Below are positions 49,031 to 62,195 of a stretch of 64,000 nucleotides of DNA, in pieces. The notes beneath the pieces are model-generated. The model ran no database searches. It saw nothing but the letters and a program-made list of their open reading frames with translations, and was not told where the DNA came from. Source of the DNA: Felis catus. Taxonomy: Eukaryota. Every line of letters starts with the position of its first letter. The stretch's first letter is position 1. The stretch lies in NCBI RefSeq assembly GCF_018350175.1, contig NC_058383.1, forward strand, positions 21,516,001 to 21,580,000, read 5' to 3'. Position numbers and translations under genes: made by a program.

Positions 49031-50094
49031 TAGTAACATAAACCATAGCAAACCTATAAATGTTTTTAATGGTGTATTAGCTGTCTCTCCCACAAAAGGA
49101 CTGTGACCAAATTCCTCATGCTTTCCTCTTCTGTAACCATTAGTAACCCCACTTAACAGATGAGGAAACAAGATGTTAGGATGCCAAGGTTACCCCCCCT
49201 GAACTTAATTCCAGGCCTGGTAAGTTTGCTTTTTTTCATGTTTATCTTTGAGGTGGGGGAGGGGCAGAGAGGGAGGGGGACGGGGGATCCAAGCAGGCTC
49301 AGCACTGTCAGTGCAGAGCCGGACGCGAGGCTGAAACTCACACCCCGAGCCGAAACCGGATGCTCAACGACAGAGCCACCCACCTGCTCCCAGGCCTGTG
49401 AAGTCCAAAGCTCATGCTGTTAACCTAGATCTGCACTGTGTCCCAAGGTCTCCTCTACCTGAGATGGGCTGAGGGGGAGAAGATTTGCCAAGGACGGGCT
49501 CCTTCTTAGAGGGGCCATACACGTGCGCTGCGCCCACCACTGCCCCGGGCGCAGAGGAGTCGCGGCCCGTGGGGGGACCCGGCCTCCTTTTCCTGCAGTG
49601 TTGACCGGCATACATTCCGTGGCCCTATTCCATGATCGTTACTTTGGTTAAACTTCCATCAGCCCTGACTCTGCAATACGGCTGCCAAGACGGCACACAG
49701 GTCTCTGGTCTTCAACAGGAGAGGCATTTTGATTCACGGGGCTTAAATCTTGACAAAGTAGGAACAGGTATACAGCAGGAAACAACTTCCGTCCAACCTG
49801 GCGTGACTGCCCTGTCTCCCTGCCCATGAGCCCTCTTCTTTCTTTTACCTACATGCATCCGGGCTCCTTTGTGCAAATATAAGAAATGTGAACATTGATT
49901 CTATCCACACTCTGTTAACACAAGGGCTTATTATGCATCCTGTGCTGCCTTGTACCTTATTTGTTTCTCCTTTGCACTGGCTGTTCCCTCTGCTGCACAC
50001 TCTGTTCCCCACCTATCGCTGGGAGCCCTGCTCCTCTCCTTCGAAGCCTGTACTTCCAAGGGTCACTTCTTGGTCCTACCTCCTCTTGCCACCC

Positions 50095-50982
50095 TATTTT
50101 ATTTATTTTTTAATATATATTTTTAATCTCTACACCCAGTGTGGGGCATGAACTCAACCCTGAGATTAAGAGTTGCATGTTCCACCACTGCCCTTTTAAA
50201 AAATTTTTAATTTATTTTTATGGGGCGCCTGAAGCCTGCTTTGGATTCTGTGTCTCCCTCTCTCTCTGCCCCTTCCCCAATCACGGTCTCTCTCTCTCTC
50301 TCTCTCAAAAATACACATTTAAAAAATAAATTTTTAGGGGCGCCTGGGTGGCTCAGTCGGTTGAGCGTCCTACTTTGGCTCAGGTCATGATCTCGCGGTT
50401 CGTGAGTTCAGGCCCTGTGTCGGGTTCTGTGCTGACAGCTCAGAGCCTGGAGCCTGTTTCAGATTCTGTGTCTCCCTCTCTCTCTCTGACCCTCCCCCAT
50501 TCATGCTCTGTCTCTGTCTCAAAAATAAATTGGGGCGCCTGGGTGGCGCAGTCGGTTGAGCGTCCGACTTCGGCCAGGTCACGATCTCGTGGTCCGTGAG
50601 TTCGAGCCCCGCGTCGGGCTCTGGGCTGATGGCTCAGAGCCTGGAGCCTGTTTCCGATTCTGTGTCTCCCTCTCTGCCCCTCCCGCGTTCATGCTCTGTC
50701 TCTCTGTCCCAAAAATAAATAAACATTGAAAACAAATTAAAAAAAATAAATTAATTAAAAAAAATTTTAAATAAATAAAATTTTAATTTATTTTTAATTT
50801 TTTAAATGTGTATTTATTTGAGAGAGTGTGAGTGGGGGAAGGTCAGAGAGAGGGGACAGAGGATTGGAAGCAGGCTCTGTGCTGACAGTAGAGAGCCCAA
50901 TGTGAGGCTTGAACCCACGAACCGTGACATCATGACCTGAACCAAAGTTGGATGCTTAACCAACTCAGCCACCCAGGAACCC
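50095..50982. mobile_element. Nested cluster of five SINECs
   Basis: ~50095-, 50222+, 50337+, 50532+, 50780-; see findings. Confidence 0.88.
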
Positions 50983-51461
50983 ATACCACCACCCTATTTT
51001 AAACTGCACTCCCACACTCAACTCCTGTTTCCCTACCCTGCTTTAAAAAAAAAAAGATATATATCACCTTTAAATATTCCACACAATTTGCTTAAGTAGA
51101 TATATTGTCTGTCTACCCCCCCACTAGAAGAAGGTGAGCTCCAGGAGAGGCGAGAGCCCTGTCTGATTTGTTTGCTCGTGATTTCCAAGTGCCTGGTACA
51201 CAGAGGACACCCAGTGAGTATTTGTTGAGCAAATGAGGCCCACTATCAATTTTAATCTCCTTTTGAAATATATCATCTGTTTTGCTTAGTGGATCTTTCC
51301 CGACATTAGCAGGATGTATTAAGAGTTCCCCTTCGTGGGCACCTGGGTGGCTCAGTCAGTTGAGTGACCAACTCTCAGTTTCAGCTCAGGTCATGATCTC
51401 GCGGTTCATGGTTTTGAGTCCCACATCAAGCTCTGCACTGATGGTGCAGAGCCTGCTTGGG

Positions 51462-51496
<35 letters not shown>

Positions 51497-51991
51497 CCCA
51501 CCGCTGCTCCTGCTCTCTCTCTCTCAAAATAAATAAATAAACTTAAAAAAAAAAAGAGGGGCACCTGGGTGGCTCAGTTGTTAAGCATCTGACTTTGGCT
51601 CAGGTCATGATCTCACGGTTTGTGAGTTCAAGTCCCACCTTGGGTAAGCTTGTGCCCTGCTTACCCCACTTCTCTCTCTTTCTCCCTCTGCCCCTCATGT
51701 GATTTTCTCTCCTCTCTCTCTCTGCCCCTTGCGCACTTGCACCCTCTGTTTCTCTCTCTCAGAAAGAAAAGAGTTCCCCTTTGCAAATATTAGTAGCTTT
51801 GGATTTGCCCCTACATGAGCAAGCTCAAGAGGTAAAACAACACACAGATGTAGAAAGGAAGTAGTCGAGCTTGGGGGCAAGGGGGCGGGGAATGCAAACA
51901 AGAGCAGATGGAGGGAAGAAAAACCGGAGTCTCCGGCCCCCCAAGGAAAGAAGCCTCCCGGAGGGCGCTCGCTCAGCCAGCTGGTCTGTAC

Positions 51992-52197
51992 CTGATCCGT
52001 GCACCAGTACCAGAGGGACGGGATGGACATTCCAAATAGGATCCCGGGCCACGGGAGATCGGATGTCAGTGGGTCTCTGAAAATATGGAAGGCGTCATCT
52101 CGGGGCAGCCCGCAGCTGCTGTTCTCACTCCGGTTGCTAGCCAGGGCCAAGAAGTACTTCTCCTTTAGGCCTTCCATCCCTCCGACTGCAGCAAAAC
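51992..52197 (-). CDS. SLC5A11: SLC5A11 coding exon (~exon 9)
   Basis: ttctag|GT TTT GCT...GAT CAG|gtacag; [68 protein letters not shown], with N-glycosylation sequons and the WYWCTDQ motif. Confidence 0.97.
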
Positions 52198-52789
52198 CTA
52201 GAATTCAGAGGAATAGCAAATTGTCCAGAAACTCAGAGCAATCCACACCAAGCGGTTAAGGGGATGGTAGGAGATGGGTGAAATCCTACTTAGAGCAGAG
52301 CTACTCAGGAAGGTTAGTCGCCTTCAAGGTTCTTAACTTTTTTTATATGCCTTCAGTAGTGATTATGTATTGCTTCTCAAAATATTAATAATCAGGGGCG
52401 CCTGGGTGGCTCAGTCAGTAAAGCGTCTGCCCTCAGCTCAGGTCATGATCTCACCCTGCGTCGGCTCTGTGCTGACAGCTAAGAGCCCGGAGTCTGCTTT
52501 GGATTCTGTGTCTCCCTCTCTGCCTGCCCCTCCCCTCCTGGTGCTCTCTCTCTCCCCCCACTGCCTCAAAAATGAATAAACATTAAAAAATATTAATAAC
52601 ACATAATACAAAATACATAAGACTGTAAAGGAAACAGATATACTGAAGACAATCATTGAATCATAAAAATTGTGACTCAATAATTTACATAGTTGCTCCA
52701 TTAAACAGTAAGAACCAGCAGTGAGTGTAATAATAATTTATTTATTTTTAAGATTTTATTTTTAAGTAATGTAACCCCAACATGGGGTT

Positions 52790-54005
52790 AGTTAAAATGA
52801 AGGTTAATATAAATGGCTTAAAAAAAAAGCCTTTTTCTTCTTTTTAATCACTCTAAAAGCAACTGACTGTCTAAAGCAAAACTTGTAGCATTGTATTGGG
52901 GTTTAAAACATCTGTAAATGTATGGCAACAATAAAAGACAGAAGAGAGGATTTGGGAGTGTAATATTGTAAGGTTCTTTTTTCTTCTTTTTTTTTTTTTT
53001 GAGAGAGACTTGGGCTGTCTCTCTCTGAAAAATAAACATTAAAAAAATTTTTTTAAATGAATTCAGTAAAGTTGCAGATACAAAAACCAACATACAAAAA
53101 TCAGTTGTGTTTCTATACACTAACAAACGATTGAAAGGAGAAATTAAGAAAACCCTGTTTACAATTGCATCACAGAGGATAAAAACAAAAAAAATAGGAA
53201 CAATCGTAACCAAGAAGATGAAGTGTCTGTGCACTGAAAACTATAACACACTGATGAAAGAAATTAAGGAAAACACAAATAAATGGGCACATATTGTGTT
53301 CATGGATTAGAAGAATTAATATTATCAGGGGCGCCTGGGTGGCTCAGTCGGTTAAGCGTCTGACTTCAGCTCAGGTCACGATCTCACAGCTCATGGGTTC
53401 AAGCCCCACATCGGGCTCTGTGCTGACAGCTCAGAGCCTGGAGCTGCTTCGGATTCTGTGTCTCCCTCTCTCTCTGCCCCTCCCCCGTTCATGCTCTCTC
53501 TCTCTGTCTCAAAAGTAAAAATAAACATTAAAAAAAAAAAAGAATTAATATTATCAGCATGTCCACACCCCCCAATGAGATCTACAGATTCTTTTTCTTT
53601 TCTGAATAAGCTCTATGCCCAACGTGAAGCTTGAACCCATGAGCCTGAGATCAACAGTCGCATTCTCTGACAACTGAGCCAGCCAGGTGCCCTGAAATCT
53701 ACAAAATCAGTGGAATCCCTTTCAAAATTCCAATGGCTTTCCTCACAGAAATAGAAAAAAAAAAATCATCCTAAAATTCATATGGAGCCACAAAAGACCC
53801 AGATACCCAAAGCAACATTGAGAAAGGAGAACAAGGTGGGAGGCATCATGCTTCCTGATTTCAAGCTTATTATAAAGCTGTAGGAACCAAAACCATATGG
53901 TGTTGGCATAAAAAGACTCACAGACCAATGGGACACACAGACCAATGCGATGGAATTGAGGACACGGAAATTAACCCACACGTATATGGCCAGTTAGTTT
54001 TCAAC
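52790..54005 (+). mobile_element. L1 fragments (inter-ORF piece, then ORF2 RT-distal piece) interrupted by SINECs
   Basis: ORF 53107..53310 FLYTNK...FTIASQRIK...ENYNTLMKEIKENTNKW is an L1 ORF2 remnant; SINEC at ~53327 has TSD aagaattaatattatca. Confidence 0.88.
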
Positions 54006-54819
54006 ATGTGAATCTCTGCAGATCTCTTGGGAGAACATCTAATAAAGCAGATTGATGAAGATTACAGAGGGCTGATCTGTAATCTCTTTCCTGCCCGACT
54101 GTAATGGATTAAGTAATGGAATTTCCCCACTGAGAACCCATACTTTTGTGGAGAAAGGTCTAGAGGTGTTGCGAAGAATGACAGACCTTGGGAAGATCTA
54201 CATTTTGGGTCTCTCTGCATCTGAAACCTGTCATAAGCAGCTCGTGAAGCCCTGGGAGGTTCAAAGGTTTGGTATTTATGACAGTGACCACACCGAGCAT
54301 TTTTCTAATACAGCTGACAATTGTCCTTCACGTATTTGTTACTCATTTGTATTTCCTCTTTAAAAAAAAAAAACAAAAGTTTTTTATTTATTTTTGAGAG
54401 AGACCAAGAGTTGGGGAGAGACAGAGAGGGAGGGAGACATAGAATCCCAAGCAGGTTCCAGGCTTTGAGCTGTCAGTCCAGAGTCTGACTCAGGGTTCAA
54501 ACTCATGAACCATGAGATCATGACCTGAGCTGAAGCCAGACGCTTAACCGGCTGAGCCACCCAGGTGCCCCTGTATTTCCTCTTCACATACGGCATACCA
54601 GTGAAGTTTTCTTCTTCATGAGGGTCCAAAACATTTGTTAAAGTTAATGAGCAATTTTTGTTCATGTTGTGAAACAATTATTCCATAATTACTTCCTTAA
54701 AGTTTTGTTTAAAAGACGAAAGCCACACATAAACACAATTTGAAGTGTGCAGAAAGGCACAATGCTATGATAAAACTCGTATCTCCTCGACCCCTGTTCC
54801 TAGACAATTCCTGAGTCCT

Positions 54820-55290
54820 TATCTCTTGTGACTTTGACACTCTTGAGGAACTGATTAGGAATCTTGTAAAATGATTCTCCATCGGATGTCTGATGTTTAT
54901 TCCTGAATAACATTGAGGTTATGTGGTTTTGGTAAGCATGGCAGAGGCTCCGTTATGTCCCTCTCACCCTATGAGCAGCTACATATCAATATGTCCTATT
55001 CCTGGCGACATTGACCGCGATCACTTACCTACAATGGTGCATGCCAGGTTGCCCCACTGTAAAGCGACTATTTTCCTTTGTAATTAGTGACTATCTTGGA
55101 CGTGGTAACTGAGATCATGCAAAAATCCCTGGTAACTTGAGCATTTACCGTTGACTCTTGTCTCCAATTATCATTGTGGTGCCCTCATGTTGATTTTCTA
55201 TTTCTCTCCCTCTGTCTGCATTTATTAATTGGAATTCTTCTGTAAGAAGAATTTTGTCCCTCTGTCCCTTTTATTTATTAATCATTTTTC
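54820..55290 (-). mobile_element. L1MC4/5-like 3' end fossil (AT-rich)
   Basis: tgactttgacactcttgagg...ccaggttgccccactgtaaag...atttattaattggaattcttctgtaag. Confidence 0.75.
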
Positions 55291-55769
55291 CCTCTCAATA
55301 TAGGAGGAACTATTCATTTTTACCTAAAAATCAGTAAACTTCCGGGGCGCCTGGGTGGCTCAGTTGGTTAAGCGTCCGACTTCAGCTCAGGTCATGATGT
55401 CCCAGTTCGTGAGTCGGAGCCCCGCGTCGGCTCTGTGCTGACAGTGCAGAGCCTGCTTGCGATTCTCTCTCTCCCTCTCTCTCTCTCTGCCCTTTCCCAC
55501 TCCCCCCCCCACCCCCACCCCCCCCCCCCGGTGCTTTCTCTCTCTTTCTCAAAATAAATGGATAAACTTGAAAAAAAAAAACAGTAAATTTCCATAAGTT
55601 CAGTTCTCTTCCAGCTAAAACAACCATGTCTCAAGGAAATCATCCGTGATGGAATGCCCCTGGGGTATGCTTTTGACAGCTGGGTTTTCTGATCCCCGTG
55701 ATGAGAGCAGATGTCTCTTCCTGAGAGAGGGCCTGTCACCCACCCAAGTGACCCTGGGGCCCCACTTAC

Positions 55770-55850
55770 TGTAGCCCATCAGGATGAGTGCTCCTATAAG
55801 CATGATCAGAGTCTGCAGGGCATCCGTGTAGATCACAGCAGCCAGGCCAC
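55770..55850 (-). CDS. SLC5A11: SLC5A11 coding exon (~exon 8)
   Basis: ccccag|GT GGC CTG...GGC TAC A|gtaagt; GGLAAVIYTDALQTLIMLIGALILMGY, the SSS GGL-x-AV-x-YTD-x-LQ signature. Confidence 0.96.
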
Positions 55851-55944
55851 CTGGGGGTGGGGGTGGGGATAAGCACGGAGATGAGGGTCGGACACCCTGG
55901 GTAACAACAGAGAGAATCTGGAAGCTCAAGACCTGAGATTTCTT

Positions 55945-56059
55945 AGTGTTGTTTGCAAAGATGGCCACAAGACCTCCTTCCTGGGCACATGCCCATGTTG
56001 CCTTGTGGCTTTCCTGCTCCTTTTCATGTTGTTTTTTTTTTAATTTTTAAACGTTTGTT

Positions 56060-56107
<48 letters not shown>

Positions 56108-56490
56108 CATGAGTTGGAGAGGGGCAGAGAGAGAGACACAGAATCCGAAGCAGGCTCCAGGCCCTGAGCTGTCAGCACAGAGCCTGACGCGGGGCTCGAA
56201 CTCATGGACTGTGAGATCATGACCTGAGCCAAAGCTGAATGTTTAACCAACTGAGCCACCCAGGTGCTCCTGCTTTTCATGTTGATGTAAACAAAGCTGA
56301 TTTCTCTATGTCTTAACTATGGGCTTGGCCAAATGACTTGCTTCGACCAACAGAATATGGGGGAGTGCTACTGTGCAGGCCTAAGCCTAGCCCTCAAGGG
56401 CCCTGAAGCTTCTGCTCTTGCTTAAGATCATTGTTTTAAGTCCTTACATCTGTGGGTGGTTTGTTACACAGTAATTTCTAACTGATTCAG
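55945..56490 (+). mobile_element. MLT1-type LTR split by a SINEC (~56030-56270, minus)
   Basis: gcaaagatggccaca start; tgacttgcttcgaccaacagaat; ttgttttaagtcc...gtggtttgttacacag...aactgattca end. Confidence 0.7.
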
Positions 56491-58439
56491 GAAGTGATGC
56501 ATGGGCTGTAGTCCCCAAGCTCTGAACAGCTTTATTTTTAACCCTGGAAAGAGGATATGAGTACTAGGTATTCAGAGCCCTAACAGGCTTCCTGAGCAGG
56601 CTCCTGTGGTTGGCCTCAGTGAATTCTTCTTACTTTTGCCACCTAGCACAGTCTTGGTAATGACAATAATGGCAGCAAATCTATCTGGCCAAGGCCATCT
56701 TTCTAGTCTCTTCCTTATACTATACCTCCTTCTTCCCAAAGGGAAAGGGATGTTTATCTGATCTGAGCATGTTTTACGAGTGGGCAAAGTCAGCGTGCAA
56801 TAAAAAACATGGGCAGAGGTGTGGGGTTCTCTACCATGCCTCCTCCTTCCTGGCCAGCAGGAATAGGGCCCTGTCACAAACGGGGAGACACCCAGCCTAG
56901 ACTCTTGTCCCAACTCTCTGCTGCCTGAGTGCAGTGACCCTGAAGCCGGGTGCCACTGAAACCTGCCATCGTTTCTATACTGATGTTCACTGAACAATTT
57001 ATCATGTGCCATGCACTCTGTTTAGTATTCTATTCAACTGTTCACCAAATATCTGGTGAGTGCCCTACCTAGCTCTCCATGGTAGGGATAGAGAAGCAAG
57101 CAAAAAGCATGTTCCCTGTCCTCATGGAGATTACAGTCTAATGGGACACGCAGACCAGGAAACAAAGGTAAATTGGCTACTGGGACTAGCTAGCCCTTCC
57201 CTTTCCCTGGGCTCCAGGCACACAGCTTCCATTAGTGCGGAACGCTCTGAGAGATCCTTCAGGGGCCTTTGCTTGGGTTTGATTTGACCGCTTTTGAGCT
57301 TAGAGCCTCCGGTGGTGTTCCACAGCCCTCGGAGCAAAATCCAGTCTCATTTCATCTTTCATTTCCCTCAAGGCACTGGTTGCTGGGCTTTCCCCCATCC
57401 CCTGCTGAGCCACATGGGGGGGGGTGGCAATTCGTCTCTGTCTGGTGGGAGTGGCCCCCCTGGAGGTTAGCGGGTCGCAGCCTGAGCCACCTGCTCATTC
57501 AGCGTCAGCCACATTGACCGCCTTTCTGTTCCCCAAACAAAGCATGAGTCTTTACATGTGCCCTTCTCCTAGCCTGGTCTTCTCTTCCTCTGTCCTTCTC
57601 TTTAAAGTTTCCTTCCTATCATTTAAATGCGTTCAGATGTCACCTTAGAAAGGCCTTCTCTGAACATGCTATGTAAAAAAATAGTAATAATAATAATAAA
57701 CCTCTCCTTACCCATCACTCCCCACCTCACCCTGCGTGGAACTTCCTTCACAGCACTTATCAGGTTATAACAATACATCCTGATATGATTTATTGGTTTC
57801 CTTGTTCATTGTCTGTCTCCCCATCCCTATTAGAATATAAGTTCCTTTGGGGTAAAGATTTTGCCTGTTTTGTCTACTGCTCTACCTCATTTCCTAGCAC
57901 GATGTCTAGCACAGGTAGGTGATATCCAGACATATTTGTGGAATGAGTTATATTATACGAAGAGGAAGCAGAGAAGGGTGAGCTGGAGCAGAAGATGGAA
58001 GATTAAAAGGTGAATATTCAAACACAGATATTTGTCCAGGCCATACTCTATGCCAGTCCATACTCCCCTGGAGTGTGGTTCCGACGGGGAAAAACGATGC
58101 TGCCGCATGTTATTCTCCGAGATTACAGTTGCTGACAATCTCACTTTGCAGAGTGCATGTGAATAGACATGCGCCTCACTCAGTTTTCAATAAATAATTC
58201 TGCAGTAAATAAATGGAAAATAGCTTGATGCAGTTGTGGTGCATTTTTCAATCCTCCCTCTAATCGGGAAGCCCTTTTCCCTTGGACAATGGCCAAGAGA
58301 CACCATATTTTCTGGGGTCATTGATTGAGGTGTAATGAATGGATGGCTTTAACACACTAGAACATCAGAAGATGGGCCAGGAAAAGAAGGGGGCGGGGGT
58401 GGCCCACGGCCTCAGGCATCACCTCTCGTTCAGACACAC

Positions 58440-58545
58440 CTGCAACGGTGTACAGAGCTGTGATGGCCAACAGCCCAACAATGGCCAGGTAGAGATCCAG
58501 GTGCAGAGACTGCTGAATAAAGATGGCACCCGCATACATGTCCAC
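58440..58545 (-). CDS. SLC5A11: SLC5A11 coding exon (~exon 7)
   Basis: ctacag|GTG GAC ATG...GTT GCA G|gtgtgt; VDMYAGAIFIQQSLHLDLYLAIVGLLAITALYTVA(G). Confidence 0.96.
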
Positions 58546-59709
58546 CTGTAGAGACATGAAGTTCACGGATGAATGAATGGATGGACATTTTCAGCACCAA
58601 GTTCCCCTAAGACTGGATTCCAGCAAACGGAAGAGTCCTACATTGTGCTTTCTTCAGCCACCTCTTCCTGTATCAGAGGTCTCAAACTGGGACCCTTGGG
58701 CAAGTACATCTGAGACCCATTCACTGGGCTAATACGACAACCTCCTCAATGGCCCTCCTGCTGCTACTCCTGGTCTTTCTAGTCTCCATTCTCCACTTTG
58801 CAACCTTTATCAAATACCGCCATGAGCATATCATCCTTCTCCTGCCCATTAAAATTCTTCCGTGGCCCCCTACCGCCCCCAAGATAACGTCTATGTAAAT
58901 AAGTTAGAGTTGCATGCCAGGCTTCATGGTCTGCTCGACCCTTGGCCTCATTTCCCTCACTCACTGCTTCCCTGCTTCCCTAACAAGCTATGCCCATCCA
59001 TGTCGCCAATGTTTTGCTTGCTCTAGTCCATCCATCGGGAACACCAGTCCCCTTTCTCTAGTTCGTAATCCTCCTTGGTCATAACTTCCCTGGTGACCGC
59101 TTCCCCACGTCTGTAGCTTTCCACCAGACCCAGAGGCAGAATTCTGAAAGGATGCTGTCATCCAACGTCTGTCTTTCAAGCCTGCAGCTGGCATGGACTC
59201 AGTTATTGTTGTTTGGATTGAATGGGATTCCTCTGCACCCCCTGCACTCTCCTCACAAGAGACAGGCTCTCCTCAGCCCCAACTGGAAGTGGAGACAGCA
59301 TCAGCTGAGTCACAGGCAGGCCTGGAGGCTGCAACGCATCTGCTCTTGGCCTCTTTCTAGAGATTGGCCCATCCAACCAAAGTTCAAGGTGGAGCAGGCT
59401 CAATGGCCTCAACCCATCTGATTAATAGCTGATCATTGTCTAATCCCAGGAGGAATATGACCGCTCCACCCAAGGGGTGACCTGCACCATCTAGAGATGT
59501 TGCCAGAGAACCTTTGGCAGAACCTTCTCCCGACTTCTTCTGCCCATGCTTGCCCTCTCCCTCCCACCCCTCCTACCCTCTGCTAACCTCCCGGAAGCCT
59601 GCCCCACAGGAGGAGGAAGTGCACAGGGAGGACACACTCCCAAGCAGTGGCTGTAGTTGATCTTCTCACCATGCCACAGGTACACGGCTGGGCTATGTCC
59701 CCACCTTAC

Positions 59710-59814
59710 CGAGATCTTGGTGAAGATGTAGATAAACAGGTAGAGCACAGCCAAGATGATGGGGATCCTGTTGCCACCAAAGCGTTTCCTCAGGTATTCT
59801 GGCATCGTGGTGAC
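59710..59814 (-). CDS. SLC5A11: SLC5A11 coding exon (~exon 6)
   Basis: Minus strand ccctag|GTC ACC ACG ATG...ATC TCG|gtaagg; [35 protein letters not shown], the SSS-family TMPEYL-x-RFGG motif. Confidence 0.96.
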
Positions 59815-60502
59815 CTAGGGGCCAGAGCTCGGTGGTCACCACATACCTGACTTTGGGCACATGGTCTCAGGGCACTGGCCCTTCCCTCCTCCCCAAACTC
59901 AGCAGCACCAATGGCCTTCTTGATCATAGGCCTAAGAAGGGAGGAGAAAATGGGGGCAGAGGGATGGGGTGTGGAGGAATTGGGGTTCTGTGCCGGGGGA
60001 TGTACCCAACTACCAATCCCATCCCGAAGTTTGCTATCTCTTATCAGTTACTTAATGTTTTCCTTTCAACCAGCTCACCTAAACAGTTAAATACATTTAC
60101 CTAAACTTCGAATCACCATCATAAATGGAAAATCAACCCTAAATTTAAGAGAACCAGCAAAAATAAACAACGGGTAGTAAAATAAACACCGGGTAGTAAA
60201 AAAATTCATTATTTTCTATTCCTTTCTGGCAACATCAAAGACTCTGGACCCTGAGCCTACTCATTTAAAAAAGAAAAAGAATGCTGGAGAAGTGTTGGAT
60301 GGGTCTTGAAGACAGGCTAGGACCAATGTAAGGCTTTCCCCTTGAGCTCATCAAACAAGTGAAAGACAACAGAAAAGGAAATAACTCCACCCCGTGACTC
60401 AGTGTGGCGGGTCCCATGTCTGACACCTAAAAGCATCTCAAGAATCTCCATTCGTCCAGGTTCCAAACTTTGGGGAATTGCTCTATTCTAATCCTTTGGT
60501 CA

Positions 60503-62161
60503 AGGGGCACCTGGGTGGCTCACTCGGTGAACTGTCCTACTCCAGATCAGGTCATGATCCCATGTTGTGAGGTTGAGCCCCGCGTTGAGCTCTGTGCTGA
60601 CAGCTCAGAGCCTGGAGCCTGCTTCAGATTCTGTGTCTCCCTCTCTCTCTCTCTCTCTCTGCCCCTCCCCATTTCATGCTCTGTATCTCTCTCTCAAAAA
60701 TAAACATTAAAACAAGATTTAAACCTTCGGGCAGGTTACCAGCAAAAGCAGGGGATTCTAATAGCAGGCTCCAGGGTTGGCAAAAAGATGAGGGGGGGGC
60801 ACTGAATCATGGCGGCTCCCTATGGCCCAGGCTGGGTGGTCCAAAGTCAGATGTCATTACCATATGGGCACCCAAGTGACTGGGGTGTGCTGCTGAAAAC
60901 CACTGTTGAGGGTTTGGCATGTTCTTTCCCAATCTCCTCACCCTCACTGTACTCTAGCCCCAGACTTGCAGTTGAGACACTGCGACATCAAACCAATGGC
61001 TCTTCCGTGAGGTACTAGATCTTGGATGGGGAAGGACACAGTTATAAAGATATTTGCAGAAATGTTTGCAGCCTCTCCTCCAGGCTGTTGCTGCTTAGGT
61101 ATCCCCAAGTCTAACCCAGGGAGGAGAAAACTAACAGGTCCCCCACCACAAGCTCATGAACGGCAAACCATCCATTCCGAGGTCAGATTGTGAAGGGATA
61201 CTGGGAAAGACTAGATGGCTAGACTCGGTTCAAGAATAGCAAATAGTTGGGGCACCTGGGTGGCTCAGTTGGTTAAGCATCCGACTTCTGTTCAGGTCAT
61301 GATCTCACCTCTTGGGTTTGAGCCCCACGTCAGGCTCTGTGCTGACAGCTCAGAGCCTGGAGCCTGCTTCCGATTCTGTGTCTCTCTCTCTCTCTCTGCC
61401 CCTCCCCACTCACGTTCTGTCTCTTTCTGTCTCTCAAAAACGAATAAACATTAAAAAAATTTTAATAAATAAATAAGAATTGTAAATGGCTAATGGTAAT
61501 CTGGGTATTCAAGAACCCAAGGGTGTATGGTGCAAAATTATTTCCACTTCGATGTATGCTTGAAAGTCTTCTCACAATAAAATATTGGCCAAACAAACAA
61601 AAAAAAGAACTCCAGGAATAAATGGGCATTTTCAAATAAGAAAAAAGAAAAAAAGCTTCTTTTTCCTGCCCATCTCCCCCAGAGAACCATCTGGAACTCT
61701 GACTCTCATGTCTTCCCCTGGTTTTGCAGCAAGGTACCCACAACAGAGATTTTCCAGAAGCACATGCACTGACACTCTATCAAGGAATAACGCATGGGGA
61801 CATTCAACCAGTACTGAACGGATGTGCCCGTGGTGATGGTGTGACAGCTGATTAGAGAGGACACGAAGAGCCTCAGTCCGTTCAGGTGAGAGGAACGGGC
61901 TTCCCTGGCAGATTTACTGTCTGTGACCACAGCTGTTAAACTGTCAAGGAGCTAAAAAGGCAAGCTGCCAGCAAGCAAGGTTGAGAAAGACGACAGAGCT
62001 GAGGGACGGCCCACAGGCAGCACAGGAACCACCCTCTGGTTGTAGCTGGGTGAATGTTAAAAAGAAGTAAATGCAGAGGTGCCTGGCTGGCTCAGTTGGT
62101 AAAGCATGCGACTCTTGATCTCAGGGTCATGAGTTCGAGCCCCACGTTGGACGTGGAGCCT

Positions 62162-62192
<31 letters not shown>

Positions 62193-62195
62193 TAA
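60503..62195 (+). mobile_element. Three separate plus-strand SINECs (~60503, ~61249, ~62076)
   Basis: Heads and tails visible; TSD aagaa(g/a)taaatgcag on the last. Confidence 0.85.

Noticed and set aside
50348..50599. Recurrent short ORFs of the MAQSVKRPT..AQVMIS.. type throughout the window
   Set aside because: Translations of CanSINE bodies, not a gene family; their tRNA-like heads are not tRNA genes
55502..55529. C-run able to form a G-quadruplex on the SLC5A11 sense strand
   Set aside because: Lies in the hypervariable part of a SINE; no sign of function
34922..59814. Possible pseudogenisation of SLC5A11 in a carnivore
   Set aside because: All 11 exons have GT-AG sites, consistent phases and no stops (1656 nt, 551 codons plus stop)
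60162..60199. 19-bp direct tandem duplication
   Set aside because: Two copies only, no spacers; ordinary slippage in an old repeat, not a CRISPR-like array
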